Source of the DNA: Mycobacterium tuberculosis H37Rv
GTDB lineage: Bacteria; Actinomycetota; Actinomycetes; Mycobacteriales; Mycobacteriaceae
Length of the DNA: 32,000 nucleotides
Reading direction: 5' to 3'
Assembly: GCF_000195955.2 (NCBI RefSeq)
Contig: NC_000962.3
Coordinates: 2,940,001-2,972,000 of the forward strand
Below the pieces are notes generated by a model, which was not told where the DNA came from, did no database searches, and saw only the letters and a program-made list of their open reading frames with translations. A program made the position numbers and the translations under genes. This document shows, piece by piece, positions 20,105 to 29,752 of this stretch (position 1 is its first letter; each line of letters begins with the position of its first letter).

Positions 20105-22441
20105 CTATCCGTCGGCGCCCTGGGTGCCGGGCGGGCCCATATTGCCCTGGATGCCGGAGCTGCCACCCGGTGACCCACCCGCGCCGCCGGCGCCCCCGTT
20201 GCCGCCCAGCGCGAAATCGCCGCCCTGACCGCCGGTCGCGCCGGTCCCGCCGTTGCCGCCGTTGCCGCCCTGGCCGCCGAGGCCACCTTGCCCACCCGTG
20301 CCGCCTGCGCCGGTGCCGCCGGCAGCTCCTGCCCACCCGATCAGCCCGCCGGCTCCGCCGCTGCCGCCGGTGGTCCCGCCGGCGCCGCCGGTACCGCCAG
20401 TGCCACCAGCGCCCCCCACGCCGCCTGTACCGCCGCCACCGCCAATTGTCGCTCCCCCGCCGGTGGTGGTACCCGCGCCGCCGGCGCCACCGTTGCCGCC
20501 GGCACCACCGATGCCGCCGATGCCACCGGTGCCGCCGACACCGCCGGCACCCCCGCCACCACCAAGCCCGATGAGCGACCCAGCCGCCCCGCCGTTGCCG
20601 CCGACACCGCCGCTGCCACCCATACCGCCGGTACCGCCGACACCGCCGAGGCCCCCCAGACCGCCGGTGCCGCCTTCCGCGGTACCCGCACCGTCGGTGA
20701 GACCCTCTCCGCCCGCGCCGCCGACACCGCCCGCGAAGCCGGCGGCGCCACCACCACCGGTGCCGCCCGTCCCGCCGGCCCCACCGGCGCCGCCGTTGCC
20801 GATTAACATCCCGCCACGTCCACCGTTTCCACCGGCACCACCGGTGCCGCCGTTACCGCCCGCCGCGCCTAGTGCCCCGTTACCGTCACCGCCGATTCCG
20901 CCGTCACCGCCGAAAGCGTCACCTACACCCGTGTTGTGCCCCTGCCCCCCCTTGCCGCCAGCACCACCCACGCCACCGTCGACCCCTCCGGTGGCACCGT
21001 CACCCCCCTCACCCCCGGTAGCCACGCCGCCGGCGCTGCCGTCGGTCTCACCTATGCCGCCAGCGCCGCCAGCGCCGCCGGCACCGCCATCGGTACCGGC
21101 AGTACCCCCGGCTCCACCCTTACCGCCGGTGCCGTCGTTGCCGTCGAGCGACTCCCCCAGCCCGCCCTGCCCGCCGACGCCGCCAGCCTCGCCGACGCCA
21201 CCGGCGGGGCCGGGACCCCCGTTCCCGCCAGTTTGATTCCCGTTGCCGCTGTTGTCGGTACCGTTCGCACCGGTGTTGGGGTTCGCAATCGAGCCGGGGT
21301 TGACCCCGTTTGTCCCGGCCAGACCGGTGCCACCCTGCCCGCCGGCACCACCGGACCCGAACCAGTTGGCATTACCGCCGTTGCCGCCCGCGCCGGGCAT
21401 CCCGCCCAGGACACCCGCCACGGCCGGCCCACCCTGTCCGCCGGCACCGCCATCGCCCAACAACATCCCGCCGGCACCGCCATTACCACCGGCCGCCCCG
21501 GCCCCACCCAGACCCCCAACACCGCCATTGCCGATCAATAGCGGACCCGCACCGCCGTCACCACCGGGCGCACCGTCCCCACCAACGCCGCCACCGCCCC
21601 CGGTCCCGAAGTAGCTGGCCGCCCCTCCGACGCCGCCGGCGGCGCCAAGGCCACCGGCCCCGCCGAATCCACCATTGCCGAACACGCCGCCAACGCCACC
21701 GCTCCCGCCCACGCCGCCGGTGGTGCCCACCCCCGCCGCGGCCCCGCCAGCACCGCCGAAGCCCCCGCTGCCGATCAACCCCGTCGCCCCACCGACACCG
21801 CCAGTACCGCCGACCAAAGTGGCCCCTGCAGCCCCACCAGCCCCACCGGTCCCGCCATTACCCAGCAACCATCCACCGCGACCACCGACACCCCCGGCAG
21901 CACCGGACCCGACCAGCCCGTCCCCACCTTTACCGCCAGTCCCGCCGTTACCGATCAACCCCGCATCCCCGCCAGCACCACCTGGCTGACCCGGCGCACC
22001 CGATCCGCCATTCCCGCCGTTGCCAAGCAACAGCCCGCCCGGCCCACCGGGAGCCCCCGTCCCGTCGGCCCCGTTAGCGCCATTGCCGATCAACGGGCGC
22101 CCCAACAACGCCTGGGCGGGGGCATTTACCACGCCCAACAAATCCTGCAACGGCGCAGCACTGGTGGCCTCGGCAACTACGTATGAGCGCGCGCCGTTCG
22201 TAAGGGACTGCACGAACTGGGCGTGAAACGCCGACAGCTGCGCACCAAAAGCCTGATAGCTCTGCGCGTACGACCCGAACAAGGCCGCAACTGCCGCCGA
22301 AACCTCATCCGCGGCAGCCGCCACCACCCCCGTGGTCGGCAATGCCGCCGCCGCATTCGCCGCGTTGATCGTCGACCCAATGTTGGCCAGATCCGAAGCC
22401 GCCATCGTCAATGCTTCCGGCACCGCAATCACAAATGACAT
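20105..22441 (-). CDS. PE_PGRS46: PE_PGRS family protein, 778 aa
   Basis: PE domain [39 protein letters not shown] then long GGxGG repeat array. Confidence 0.93.
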   Translation of the reverse strand: MSFVIAVPEALTMAASDLANIGSTINAANAAAALPTTGVVAAAADEVSAAVAALFGSYAQSYQAFGAQLSAFHAQFVQSLTNGARSYVVAEATSAAPLQDLLGVVNAPAQALLGRPLIGNGANGADGTGAPGGPGGLLLGNGGNGGSGAPGQPGGAGGDAGLIGNGGTGGKGGDGLVGSGAAGGVGGRGGWLLGNGGTGGAGGAAGATLVGGTGGVGGATGLIGSGGFGGAGGAAAGVGTTGGVGGSGGVGGVFGNGGFGGAGGLGAAGGVGGAASYFGTGGGGGVGGDGAPGGDGGAGPLLIGNGGVGGLGGAGAAGGNGGAGGMLLGDGGAGGQGGPAVAGVLGGMPGAGGNGGNANWFGSGGAGGQGGTGLAGTNGVNPGSIANPNTGANGTDNSGNGNQTGGNGGPGPAGGVGEAGGVGGQGGLGESLDGNDGTGGKGGAGGTAGTDGGAGGAGGAGGIGETDGSAGGVATGGEGGDGATGGVDGGVGGAGGKGGQGHNTGVGDAFGGDGGIGGDGNGALGAAGGNGGTGGAGGNGGRGGMLIGNGGAGGAGGTGGTGGGGAAGFAGGVGGAGGEGLTDGAGTAEGGTGGLGGLGGVGGTGGMGGSGGVGGNGGAAGSLIGLGGGGGAGGVGGTGGIGGIGGAGGNGGAGGAGTTTGGGATIGGGGGTGGVGGAGGTGGTGGAGGTTGGSGGAGGLIGWAGAAGGTGAGGTGGQGGLGGQGGNGGNGGTGATGGQGGDFALGGNGGAGGAGGSPGGSSGIQGNMGPPGTQGADG

Positions 22442-22469
22442 CTGCGACCTCCTGGACCGGACAACCCGC

Positions 22470-22712
22470 ATGGTCGCCGCGGATCATCGAGCACTCGGCA
22501 GCAACAAATCCTATCCCGCCTCGCAGACGGCGGAGGCCATTTGGCCGCCGGCGCGTACTCTTCGCTACGACCGCCAGAGCCCTTGGTTAGCGACCGGATT
22601 CGACCGCCGCATGAGCCAAACTGTTACCGGTGTGGGTGTGCAGAACTGCGCAGTTAGCAAACGCCGATGCAGCGCGGTGGACCACAGCAGCCGCACACCG
22701 TACCGGCGCTGA
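22470..22712 (+). CDS. Short hypothetical ORF (Rv2635-like)
   Basis: 80 aa from [19 protein letters not shown]; no domain, coding status unproven. Confidence 0.35.
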   Translation: MVAADHRALGSNKSYPASQTAEAIWPPARTLRYDRQSPWLATGFDRRMSQTVTGVGVQNCAVSKRRCSAVDHSSRTPYRR

Positions 22713-23390
22713 GTGATAAACCCGACCCGGGCCCGGCGGATGCGATATCGTCTTGCGGCTATGGCGGGTATGCCAGAGGGCAAACTCATCCTCCTCAACG
22801 GCGGATCCAGCGCGGGAAAGACGTCGCTCGCCTTGGCGTTTCAGGATCTTGCCGCCGAGTGTTGGATGCACATTGGGATAGATCTGTTCTGGTTTGCGCT
22901 GCCGCCAGAGCAGCTTGACCTTGCGCGGGTGCGGCCCGAGTACTACACATGGGACAGCGCGGTCGAGGCCGACGGGCTGGAGTGGTTCACCGTGCACCCG
23001 GGCCCCATCTTGGACCTGGCCATGCATTCCCGCTACCGCGCCATCAGGGCATACCTGGACAACGGAATGAACGTCATCGCCGACGACGTGATCTGGACAC
23101 GTGAGTGGCTGGTAGACGCTCTGCGGGTTTTTGAGGGCTGCCGAGTCTGGATGGTCGGGGTCCACGTATCCGACGAGGAGGGTGCCCGCCGGGAATTAGA
23201 ACGCGGCGATCGCCACCCCGGGTGGAACCGAGGCAGTGCGCGCGCTGCCCACGCCGACGCCGAGTACGACTTCGAGCTGGATACCACCGCGACCCCGGTC
23301 CACGAGCTGGCCAGGGAGCTGCATGAGAGCTATCAAGCCTGCCCGTACCCCATGGCTTTCAACCGGTTACGCAAACGCTTCCTATCTTGA
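22713..23390 (+). CDS. Chloramphenicol phosphotransferase-like P-loop protein (Rv2636-like)
   Basis: 225 aa with Walker [20 protein letters not shown] and NVIADDVIW. Confidence 0.9.
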
Positions 23391-23585
23391 AATGGAGCCA
23401 AAAGTCGTGCGCAACTGGAACTTTCACTCCTGGCAAACGCTGGGGCGACCCGTCACCGCGCGCTTGGGTTCGGGTCGAATCGTCGGCCGCGCGGGTCGTG
23501 CGGAACATTGCACCCGACGCGGCGGAATCGGAGTTGAGAAGTACATGGCGGGACGCACCCGGCACCGGTCAGGCATTCTTTACCC

Positions 23586-24242
23586 ATGGATGTGGAGGCC
23601 CTGCTGCAGTCGATCCCGCCGCTCATGGTCTACCTGGTGGTCGGCGCGGTGGTAGGGATCGAGAGCCTGGGCATCCCCCTTCCCGGCGAGATCGTGCTGG
23701 TCAGTGCCGCGGTGTTGTCGTCGCACCCCGAGCTGGCCGTCAACCCGATCGGCGTCGGCGGCGCTGCGGTGATCGGCGCCGTGGTCGGCGATTCGATCGG
23801 CTACTCGATCGGCCGCCGCTTCGGCTTACCGCTATTCGACCGGCTGGGCCGGAGGTTCCCAAAACACTTCGGCCCCGGTCATGTCGCGCTTGCTGAACGG
23901 TTGTTCAACCGATGGGGAGTCCGAGCCGTGTTCCTCGGTCGCTTCATCGCGCTGCTGCGGATATTCGCCGGACCGCTCGCTGGCGCCCTGAAGATGCCCT
24001 ACCCGCGCTTCCTGGCCGCCAACGTCACAGGCGGCATCTGCTGGGCCGGCGGCACCACTGCACTGGTCTACTTCGCCGGGATGGCCGCCCAGCACTGGTT
24101 GGAACGGTTCTCCTGGATCGCGCTGGTCATCGCGGTCATCGCCGGCATTACGGCCGCGATCTTGCTGCGCGAACGCACTTCGCGCGCGATCGCCGAACTC
24201 GAGGCCGAGCACTGCCGCAAAGCCGGTACCACCGCGGCGTGA
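23586..24242 (+). CDS. dedA: DedA-family membrane protein
   Basis: VVGIESLGIPLPGEIVLVSAAVLS; GRRFG...RHFGPGHVALAERLFNRWGVRAVFLGRFIALLRIFAGPLAGALKMPYPRFLAANVTGGICWA. Confidence 0.95.
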   Translation: MDVEALLQSIPPLMVYLVVGAVVGIESLGIPLPGEIVLVSAAVLSSHPELAVNPIGVGGAAVIGAVVGDSIGYSIGRRFGLPLFDRLGRRFPKHFGPGHVALAERLFNRWGVRAVFLGRFIALLRIFAGPLAGALKMPYPRFLAANVTGGICWAGGTTALVYFAGMAAQHWLERFSWIALVIAVIAGITAAILLRERTSRAIAELEAEHCRKAGTTAA

Positions 24243-24334
24243 CCGACCGGCTTGAATCCGGTACCCACGCTCACAGGAGCTGCAATCTAGACAGATCTCC
24301 AGTCATGTCATAAAAATGAGATCTGAAATTACTT

Positions 24335-24346
24335 GACAAGCTTGTC
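24335..24346. promoter_or_regulatory. Perfect 12-bp palindrome upstream of STAS gene
   Basis: GACAAGCTTGTC, 59 bp before ATG at 24405. Confidence 0.4.
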
Positions 24347-24404
24347 TTCGGACAGTGCGGGGCATCCGCCGCGGTGGCTGTACGCCGTCGATTAGGAGCG
24401 CACC

Positions 24405-24851
24405 ATGGGCCTGATCACTACAGAACCACGCTCTAGTCCCCACCCGCTCAGCCCACGGCTCGTCCACGAGCTAGGCGACCCACACAGCACGCTGCGGGCA
24501 ACCACTGACGGCAGCGGGGCAGCGTTGTTGATCCACGCGGGCGGCGAGATCGATGGCCGCAACGAGCATCTCTGGCGTCAATTGGTCACCGAGGCCGCCG
24601 CCGGCGTCACGGCGCCCGGACCGCTCATCGTCGACGTCACCGGGCTCGATTTCATGGGCTGCTGCGCTTTCGCCGCACTGGCCGACGAGGCACAACGATG
24701 TCGGTGCCGCGGCATCGACCTGCGTCTGGTGAGCCACCAGCCGATCGTCGCCCGGATCGCCGAAGCGGGTGGGCTGAGCCGAGTGCTGCCCATCTACCCG
24801 ACCGTCGATACTGCGCTCGGCAAGGGCACGGCCGGTCCAGCCCGTTGCTGA
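24405..24851 (+). CDS. STAS-domain anti-anti-sigma-like protein (Rv2638-like)
   Basis: 148 aa; LLIHAGGEIDGRNEHLWRQLVTEAAAG...LIVDVTGLDFMGCCAFAALADEA...LRLVSHQPIVARI. Confidence 0.88.
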   Translation: MGLITTEPRSSPHPLSPRLVHELGDPHSTLRATTDGSGAALLIHAGGEIDGRNEHLWRQLVTEAAAGVTAPGPLIVDVTGLDFMGCCAFAALADEAQRCRCRGIDLRLVSHQPIVARIAEAGGLSRVLPIYPTVDTALGKGTAGPARC

Positions 24852-25025
24852 TCCCGGCCGTAAGAGCACCGAGCCGACCGCCGGTGGCCCCACCGCTAGG
24901 GCCGATCGCACCGCCGCGCGACGATGTTCGCGTCAGGCGCGCATGCGGTATCGCTTGCCTTGCAAGGTAATCCACTTCGGACATCCACGATGCAGGTCGC
25001 GATCAAGTCGGGCGCGCCGCAGCAG

Positions 25026-25358
25026 TCAGTGGCCGCGAGGGGCGTACATGATCACGGCTACCCCGGCCATGCAGCCAAGGGCACCGATGACATCCCACCG
25101 GTCGGGCCGGAACCCGTCCAGGGCCATGCCCCAGGCGAGCGAACCGGCGACAAACACACCACCGTAGGCGGCCAAGACCCGACCGAAATGGGCGTCCGGC
25201 TGCAATGTGGCGAAGAACCCATAGACCCCAAGCGCAATAACTCCGAGTCCCGCCCAAAGCCAACCCCGTTGCTCGCGGACGCCCTGCCATACCAGCCACG
25301 CGCCACCGATCTCCGCAACCGCCGCCAGGACGAATAGCAGGATTGACCGCACCACCAT
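25026..25358 (-). CDS. YnfA/UPF0060-like small membrane protein (Rv2639c-like)
   Basis: 110 aa [78 protein letters not shown]. Confidence 0.9.
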
Positions 25359-25477
25359 GGTTGCGAGCCTACGAGATCCGCTGCCCTGCCGCCCCCCAAC
25401 CAATCGCGCACCCCAAATGCTTCCCGTCACCCGCGCTCAGCCAGACACCGGTGTTGGCTACAACTATGGTTCCCGGA

Positions 25478-25837
25478 TCAGGCGCAGCAGTTCGGGTTGA
25501 GCACGGTACACAGCGCTTGCAGGGCTTCAGGATGTACCCGATGGAAGACGTGCATGCCCCGGCGATCGGAAATGACCAGGCCGGCCTTGCGCAGCTGGGC
25601 CAAGTGGTGGCTGACGGTGCCATCGCTGAGGCTGAGCGCCGCCGCTAGTTGGCCGCTGACCTGCTCGCCGGCCGGCGAGCTGAACAGGTAGGACATGATC
25701 TTGACTCGTGCCGGGTCGGCCAGGGCCTTCAGCCGCAGCGCCACCGCCAAGGCGTCGCCGTCGCTCATCGGCCCCGCCGCCACCGGGGCGCAGCACACGG
25801 GAGCGGAGATGTCAATCACCGGCAGCGACTTGGGCAT
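25478..25837 (-). CDS. ArsR-family regulator (Rv2640c-like)
   Basis: 119 aa MPKSLPVIDISAPVCCAPVAAGPM...RLKALADPARVKIMSYLFSSPAGEQVSGQLAAALSLSDGTVSHHLAQLRKAGLV. Confidence 0.93.
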   Translation of the reverse strand: MPKSLPVIDISAPVCCAPVAAGPMSDGDALAVALRLKALADPARVKIMSYLFSSPAGEQVSGQLAAALSLSDGTVSHHLAQLRKAGLVISDRRGMHVFHRVHPEALQALCTVLNPNCCA

Positions 25838-25858
25838 AGGCCCACCCTGCCAGATACC

Positions 25859-25918
25859 TTGACATATATCAAAGAGATGTTGCACACTGGGTTCGGCGCC
25901 ATTTTGATATAAGTCAAA
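25859..25918. promoter_or_regulatory. Pair of ArsR-type palindromes in divergent Rv2640c/cadI promoter
   Basis: TTGACATATATCAA (25859-25872) and TTTGATATAAGTCAAA (25903-25918). Confidence 0.72.
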
Positions 25919-25938
25919 CAACTGGGAGGTGTCTACCA

Positions 25939-26397
25939 ATGTCCCGCGTTCAGCTAGCCCTCAACGTCGACGACCTGGAGGCCGCAATCACGTTCTACTC
26001 CAGGCTGTTCAACGCCGAGCCCGCCAAACGCAAGCCCGGATACGCCAACTTCGCGATCGCCGATCCGCCGCTTAAGTTGGTGCTGCTGGAGAACCCCGGC
26101 ACCGGCGGTACCCTCAACCATCTCGGTGTGGAAGTCGGCTCGAGCAACACCGTGCATGCCGAAATCGCCCGGTTGACCGAAGCCGGACTGGTCACCGAGA
26201 AGGAGATCGGCACCACGTGTTGCTTTGCCACCCAGGACAAGGTGTGGGTGACCGGCCCGGGTGGGGAACGCTGGGAGGTTTATACCGTGCTGGCCGACTC
26301 CGAGACCTTCGGCAGCGGTCCTCGGCACAACGACACCAGCGACGGCGAAGCAAGCATGTGCTGCGACGGCCAAGTCGCCGTTGGCGCAAGCGGCTAA
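25939..26397 (+). CDS. cadI: CadI, vicinal-oxygen-chelate protein similar to ArsI C-As lyases
   Basis: 152 aa MSRVQLALNVDDLEAAITFYSRLFNAEPAKRKPGYANFAI...NHLGVEVGSS...GTTCCFATQDKVWVTGPGGERWEVYTV. Confidence 0.93.
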   Translation: MSRVQLALNVDDLEAAITFYSRLFNAEPAKRKPGYANFAIADPPLKLVLLENPGTGGTLNHLGVEVGSSNTVHAEIARLTEAGLVTEKEIGTTCCFATQDKVWVTGPGGERWEVYTVLADSETFGSGPRHNDTSDGEASMCCDGQVAVGASG

Positions 26398-26509
26398 CTG
26401 TAGGCCTGACCCCGGGGTGCGTCTCCAAGCCGCGGAGCCCACCCCGGGCCACTCAATGCCCCCTAACCCGCGTAGCGCCGTTCACCGCGTGGCCGCTTGC
26501 GGACCTGAT

Positions 26510-26529
26510 TCGATATTTGTCAATATTGA
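26510..26529. promoter_or_regulatory. ArsR-type operator candidate immediately upstream of second arsR
   Basis: TCGATATTTGTCAATATTGA imperfect palindrome ending 3 bp before ATG at 26533. Confidence 0.65.
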
Positions 26530-26532
26530 TGT

Positions 26533-26913
26533 ATGTCGAATCTGCATCCGTTACCAGAGGTGGCGAGCTGCGTAGTCGCGCCGCTGGTGCGCGAACCGCT
26601 GAATCCTCCGGCCGCGGCCGAAATGGCGGCCCGGTTCAAAGCCCTGGCCGATCCGGTGCGATTGCAGCTGCTGAGCTCGGTTGCCAGTCGCGCCGGCGGC
26701 GAGGCCTGCGTCTGCGACATTTCCGCGGGAGTCGAGGTGAGCCAGCCCACGATTTCGCATCATCTCAAGGTGCTGCGCGACGCGGGTTTGCTGACCTCGC
26801 GGCGTCGGGCCTCGTGGGTGTACTACGCCGTGGTCCCCGAGGCGCTGACCGTGTTGTCGAACCTGCTCAGCGTGCATGCCGATGCCGCACCCGCCCTGGG
26901 GGCACCGGCATGA
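26533..26913 (+). CDS. ArsR-family regulator (Rv2642-like)
   Basis: FKALADPVRLQLLSSVASRAGGEACVCDISAGVEVSQPTISHHLKVLRDAGLLTSRRRASWVYY; CVCD arsenic-type cysteine motif. Confidence 0.94.
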   Translation: MSNLHPLPEVASCVVAPLVREPLNPPAAAEMAARFKALADPVRLQLLSSVASRAGGEACVCDISAGVEVSQPTISHHLKVLRDAGLLTSRRRASWVYYAVVPEALTVLSNLLSVHADAAPALGAPA

Positions 26914-28406
26914 CGGAGACGGTCACCCGCACCGCCGCCCCGGCGGTGGTGGGCAAACTCTCGACGCTGGACCGCTTCTTGCCGGTGTGGATCGGGTCGG
27001 CAATGGCCGCCGGGCTACTACTGGGCCGGTGGATTCCCGGCCTGCACACCGCCCTAGAAGGGGTTCAGCTCGACGGGATTTCGCTGCCGATCGCGCTAGG
27101 CCTGCTGATCATGATGTATCCGGTGCTGGCCAAGGTGCGCTACGACCGCCTCGACACCGTCACCGGTGACCGCAAGCTGCTACTCAGCTCGCTGCTGCTG
27201 AACTGGGTACTGGGCCCGGCGTTGATGTTCGCGCTGGCTTGGCTGCTACTGGCGGATCTGCCCGAGTACCGCACCGGGCTGATCATCGTGGGCCTGGCTC
27301 GCTGCATCGCCATGGTGATCATCTGGAACGACCTGGCCTGCGGGGATCGCGAAGCCGCCGCCGTGCTCGTCGCGTTGAACTCGATCTTTCAGGTGGCCAT
27401 GTTCGCCGCGCTCGGCTGGTTCTACCTGTCGGTGCTACCGGGTTGGCTGGGCCTCGAGCAGACCACCATCGCCACATCCCCGTGGCAGATCGCCAAGTCG
27501 GTGCTGATCTTCCTCGGCATCCCGCTGCTGGCCGGCTACCTGTCGCGGCGGATCGGCGAAAAGACCAAGGGCCGCAACTGGTATGAATCCCGCTTCCTGC
27601 CCAAGGTGGGACCGTGGGCGCTCTACGGTTTGCTGTTCACCATCGTGATTCTCTTTGCGCTGCAAGGAGATCAGATCACCGGCCGACCGCTGGACGTCGC
27701 ACGCATTGCGCTGCCGCTGCTGGCCTACTTCGCCATCATGTGGGTAGGCGGCTACCTACTGGGGGCGGCGCTGCGGCTAGGGTATCGGCGCACCACCACG
27801 CTGGCGTTCACCGCCGCGAGCAACAACTTCGAGCTGGCCATCGCGGTGGCCATCGCCACCTACGGCGCCACCTCCGGGCAAGCCCTGGCCGGAGTCGTCG
27901 GGCCCCTGATCGAGGTACCCGTCCTGGTGGGGTTGGTCTATGTGTCCCTGGCGCTGCGCAACCGCCTCGCCGGTCCCAACGCGACCCACGATGCCGACAA
28001 ACCCAGCGTCCTATTCGTCTGTGTGCACAACGCCGGACGTTCCCAGATGGCCGCCGGGCTATTGACCCACTTGGCCGGTGACCGCATCGAAGTCCGTTCG
28101 GCCGGAACCGAGCCCGCCGGTCAGGTCAATCCGACGGCTGTGGCCGCGATGGCCGAAATGGGCATCGATATCACCGCCAATGCCCCCACATTGCTCACCG
28201 GCGGGCAGGTCCAGTCCAGCGACGTCGTCATCACGATGGGCTGCGGCGATGCCTGCCCTTACTTCCCGGGTGTCTCCTACCGCAACTGGAAACTACCCGA
28301 TCCCGCCGGCCAGCCCCTCGACGTTGTGCGCATGATCCGCGACGACATCGCAGACCGCGTCCAAGCCCTGATCGCCGAGCTGCTGGCCACCGCCAAGACC
28401 AGATAG
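26910..28406 (+). CDS. arsC: Arsenite permease (ACR3) - arsenate reductase (ArsC) fusion
   Basis: 498 aa from MTETVTRTAAPAVVGKLSTLDRFLPVWIG; N-terminal ACR3 NDLACGDREAAAVLVALNSIFQV, C-terminal VLFVCVHNAGRSQMAAGLLTHLAGDRIEVRSAGTEPAG. Confidence 0.95.
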   Translation: MTETVTRTAAPAVVGKLSTLDRFLPVWIGSAMAAGLLLGRWIPGLHTALEGVQLDGISLPIALGLLIMMYPVLAKVRYDRLDTVTGDRKLLLSSLLLNWVLGPALMFALAWLLLADLPEYRTGLIIVGLARCIAMVIIWNDLACGDREAAAVLVALNSIFQVAMFAALGWFYLSVLPGWLGLEQTTIATSPWQIAKSVLIFLGIPLLAGYLSRRIGEKTKGRNWYESRFLPKVGPWALYGLLFTIVILFALQGDQITGRPLDVARIALPLLAYFAIMWVGGYLLGAALRLGYRRTTTLAFTAASNNFELAIAVAIATYGATSGQALAGVVGPLIEVPVLVGLVYVSLALRNRLAGPNATHDADKPSVLFVCVHNAGRSQMAAGLLTHLAGDRIEVRSAGTEPAGQVNPTAVAAMAEMGIDITANAPTLLTGGQVQSSDVVITMGCGDACPYFPGVSYRNWKLPDPAGQPLDVVRMIRDDIADRVQALIAELLATAKTR

Positions 28407-28592
28407 CGTGTGCCACGCTCGGTGCTGCGCCGATACGTGAGGTCCCGGCTGGGATCGGATTTTCCGCGTGTACGGCGGCTAGGCACCAGCGGATCGCATT
28501 TGTACTGGTTAGAGACTTGCCGAGTGGCCGCATTAGCCTGCGTGGAGCGCTTGGTCAAAAAGCTCGGCCCTGTTCGGCCCTATGGGTTCCTG

Positions 28593-28832
28593 TTGATCTG
28601 CCCTGTTCGTAGTCTCGACAAAGCGGCTGCCCGAGATCGCGTGCGACGATATCGGGAGCGGCTGCGGCAACGAGGTCTGCGGCCGATACAGATCTGGGTT
28701 CCCGATGTGAACGCACCCGAATTTGTCGGCGAAGCACACCGTCCGTCGGCGCTCGTCGCGGCCCGCGAATACGAGGACGACGATCAAGCCTTCGTCGATG
28801 CGGTATCGGTCGACTGGGACGACGCCACCTGA
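28593..28832 (+). CDS. MazE-like antitoxin (DUF3018-like); start uncertain (open frame extends to 28410)
   Basis: ARDRVRRYRERLRQRGLRPIQIWVPDVNAPEFVGEAHRPSALVAAREYEDDDQAFVDAVSVDWDDAT*, immediately followed by MazF-like GTG start. Confidence 0.78.
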   Translation: MICPVRSLDKAAARDRVRRYRERLRQRGLRPIQIWVPDVNAPEFVGEAHRPSALVAAREYEDDDQAFVDAVSVDWDDAT

Positions 28833-28833
28833 C

Positions 28834-29155
28834 GTGCGGCGCGGCGACATCCACACCGCGGCGGCGCGTGGTGCCTACACCGGCAAGCCACGCCGGTCGC
28901 GGTCATCCAGAATGACCGGTTCGATTCGACGGCCTCGGTTACCGTCGTGCCGTTTACCACGCGTGATGTCCAGGCATCCCTGATGCGAATCCCGGCCCCA
29001 GCGTCCAACACCACCGGGCTGACCGAGACCAGTCGCCTGACGGTCGACAAGGTGACAACATCCCCCGCACCAGCCTGACGCGGCAGGTTGGTCGGTTATC
29101 GGCCAAAAACATGGTCAGGCTCGACCGTGCATTGCTGGTTTTCCTGGCCGGCTGA
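28834..29155 (+). pseudogene. MazF/PemK-like toxin gene broken by two single-nucleotide deletions
   Basis: (V/M)RRGDIHTAAARGAYTGKPR (frame of 28834) | PVAVIQNDRFDSTASVTVVPFTTRDVQASLMRIPAPASNTTGLTETSRLTVDKVTTSPAPA (frame of 28893) | LTRQVGRLSAKNMVRLDRALLVFLAG* (frame of 29075). Restoring 1 nt near 28893 and 1 nt near 29074 gives a 107-aa MazF-sized protein. Confidence 0.83.
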
Positions 29156-29496
29156 CAATTGCGCCACCTGGTCATCAGAACTGATCGGGCGGGGAAACGA
29201 AACGGGGCTCCCAGCGGAGGTCATGAGTTGGCGCGCCGGTTTCGCCGCGATCTCTCCGAACTTGACCGCTAAACCTCGGGGCAGAAGTCATGAACAAGCC
29301 CGTTAGGAGGCGTTTGAGGCCGTAAATGTTGATGAGGGCGGGGAAAGTGTCGTCATGGCCGTCGCGCTGAATTCACCACGCCCCCACGACGGAGCTCGTG
29401 GGCACCCAGCATTCACTGCTTACCACTACGATCTCGCTCACGAGGTTCGAGCAGCCACTGTCGCCTGCCGCCAACGAATAATGCTCCCTGACCTAG

Positions 29497-29568
29497 TGGT
29501 CCCGGCTGGGATCGAACCAGCGACCTTCCGCGTGTGAAGCGGACGCTCTCCCACTGAGCCACGGGACC
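29497..29568 (-). tRNA. tRNA-Val (anticodon CAC)
   Basis: GGTCCCGTGGCTCAGTGGGAGAGCGTCCGCTTCACACGCGGAAGGTCGCTGGTTCGATCCCAGCCGGGACCA folds as cloverleaf; loop TTCACAC. Confidence 0.93.
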
Positions 29569-29752
29569 GGCGCCGAGGAGATGAACGAGGTCGAAGATTA
29601 GCACGTGCAAGACATCGTCAGCAGCAGTCTACGTGCGCTTCACATAGGGGCTGCGATAGCCTAGAGCCGCAACGTACCAAGAGATTTGTGTGGGCCCGCT
29701 CACCTCGACTATCGTCGTGCTTCGCACCGGGCGACGATCTCGTTCGTTGCGC

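Noticed and set aside
19830-20336. 168-aa minus ORF downstream of PE_PGRS46.
   Set aside because: Out-of-frame read-through of repeat sequence, arginine/glycine-rich, no domain.
20170-22077. Large plus-strand ORFs opposite PE_PGRS46 (e.g. 20253-21236, 21310-22077), proline/arginine-rich.
   Set aside because: They are antisense shadows of the GGxGG codon repeats (PPxPP and RRHRRH patterns), not independent genes.
20105-22300. Dense short repeats that could be taken for a tandem or CRISPR-like array.
   Set aside because: Spacing follows codon triplets of GGAGGX motifs with no constant repeat plus unique spacer; it is coding PGRS.
29355-29537. 60-aa plus ORF ending with LVVPAGIEPATFRV.
   Set aside because: That tail is the well-known artefactual translation of the antisense strand of a tRNA gene (29497-29568).
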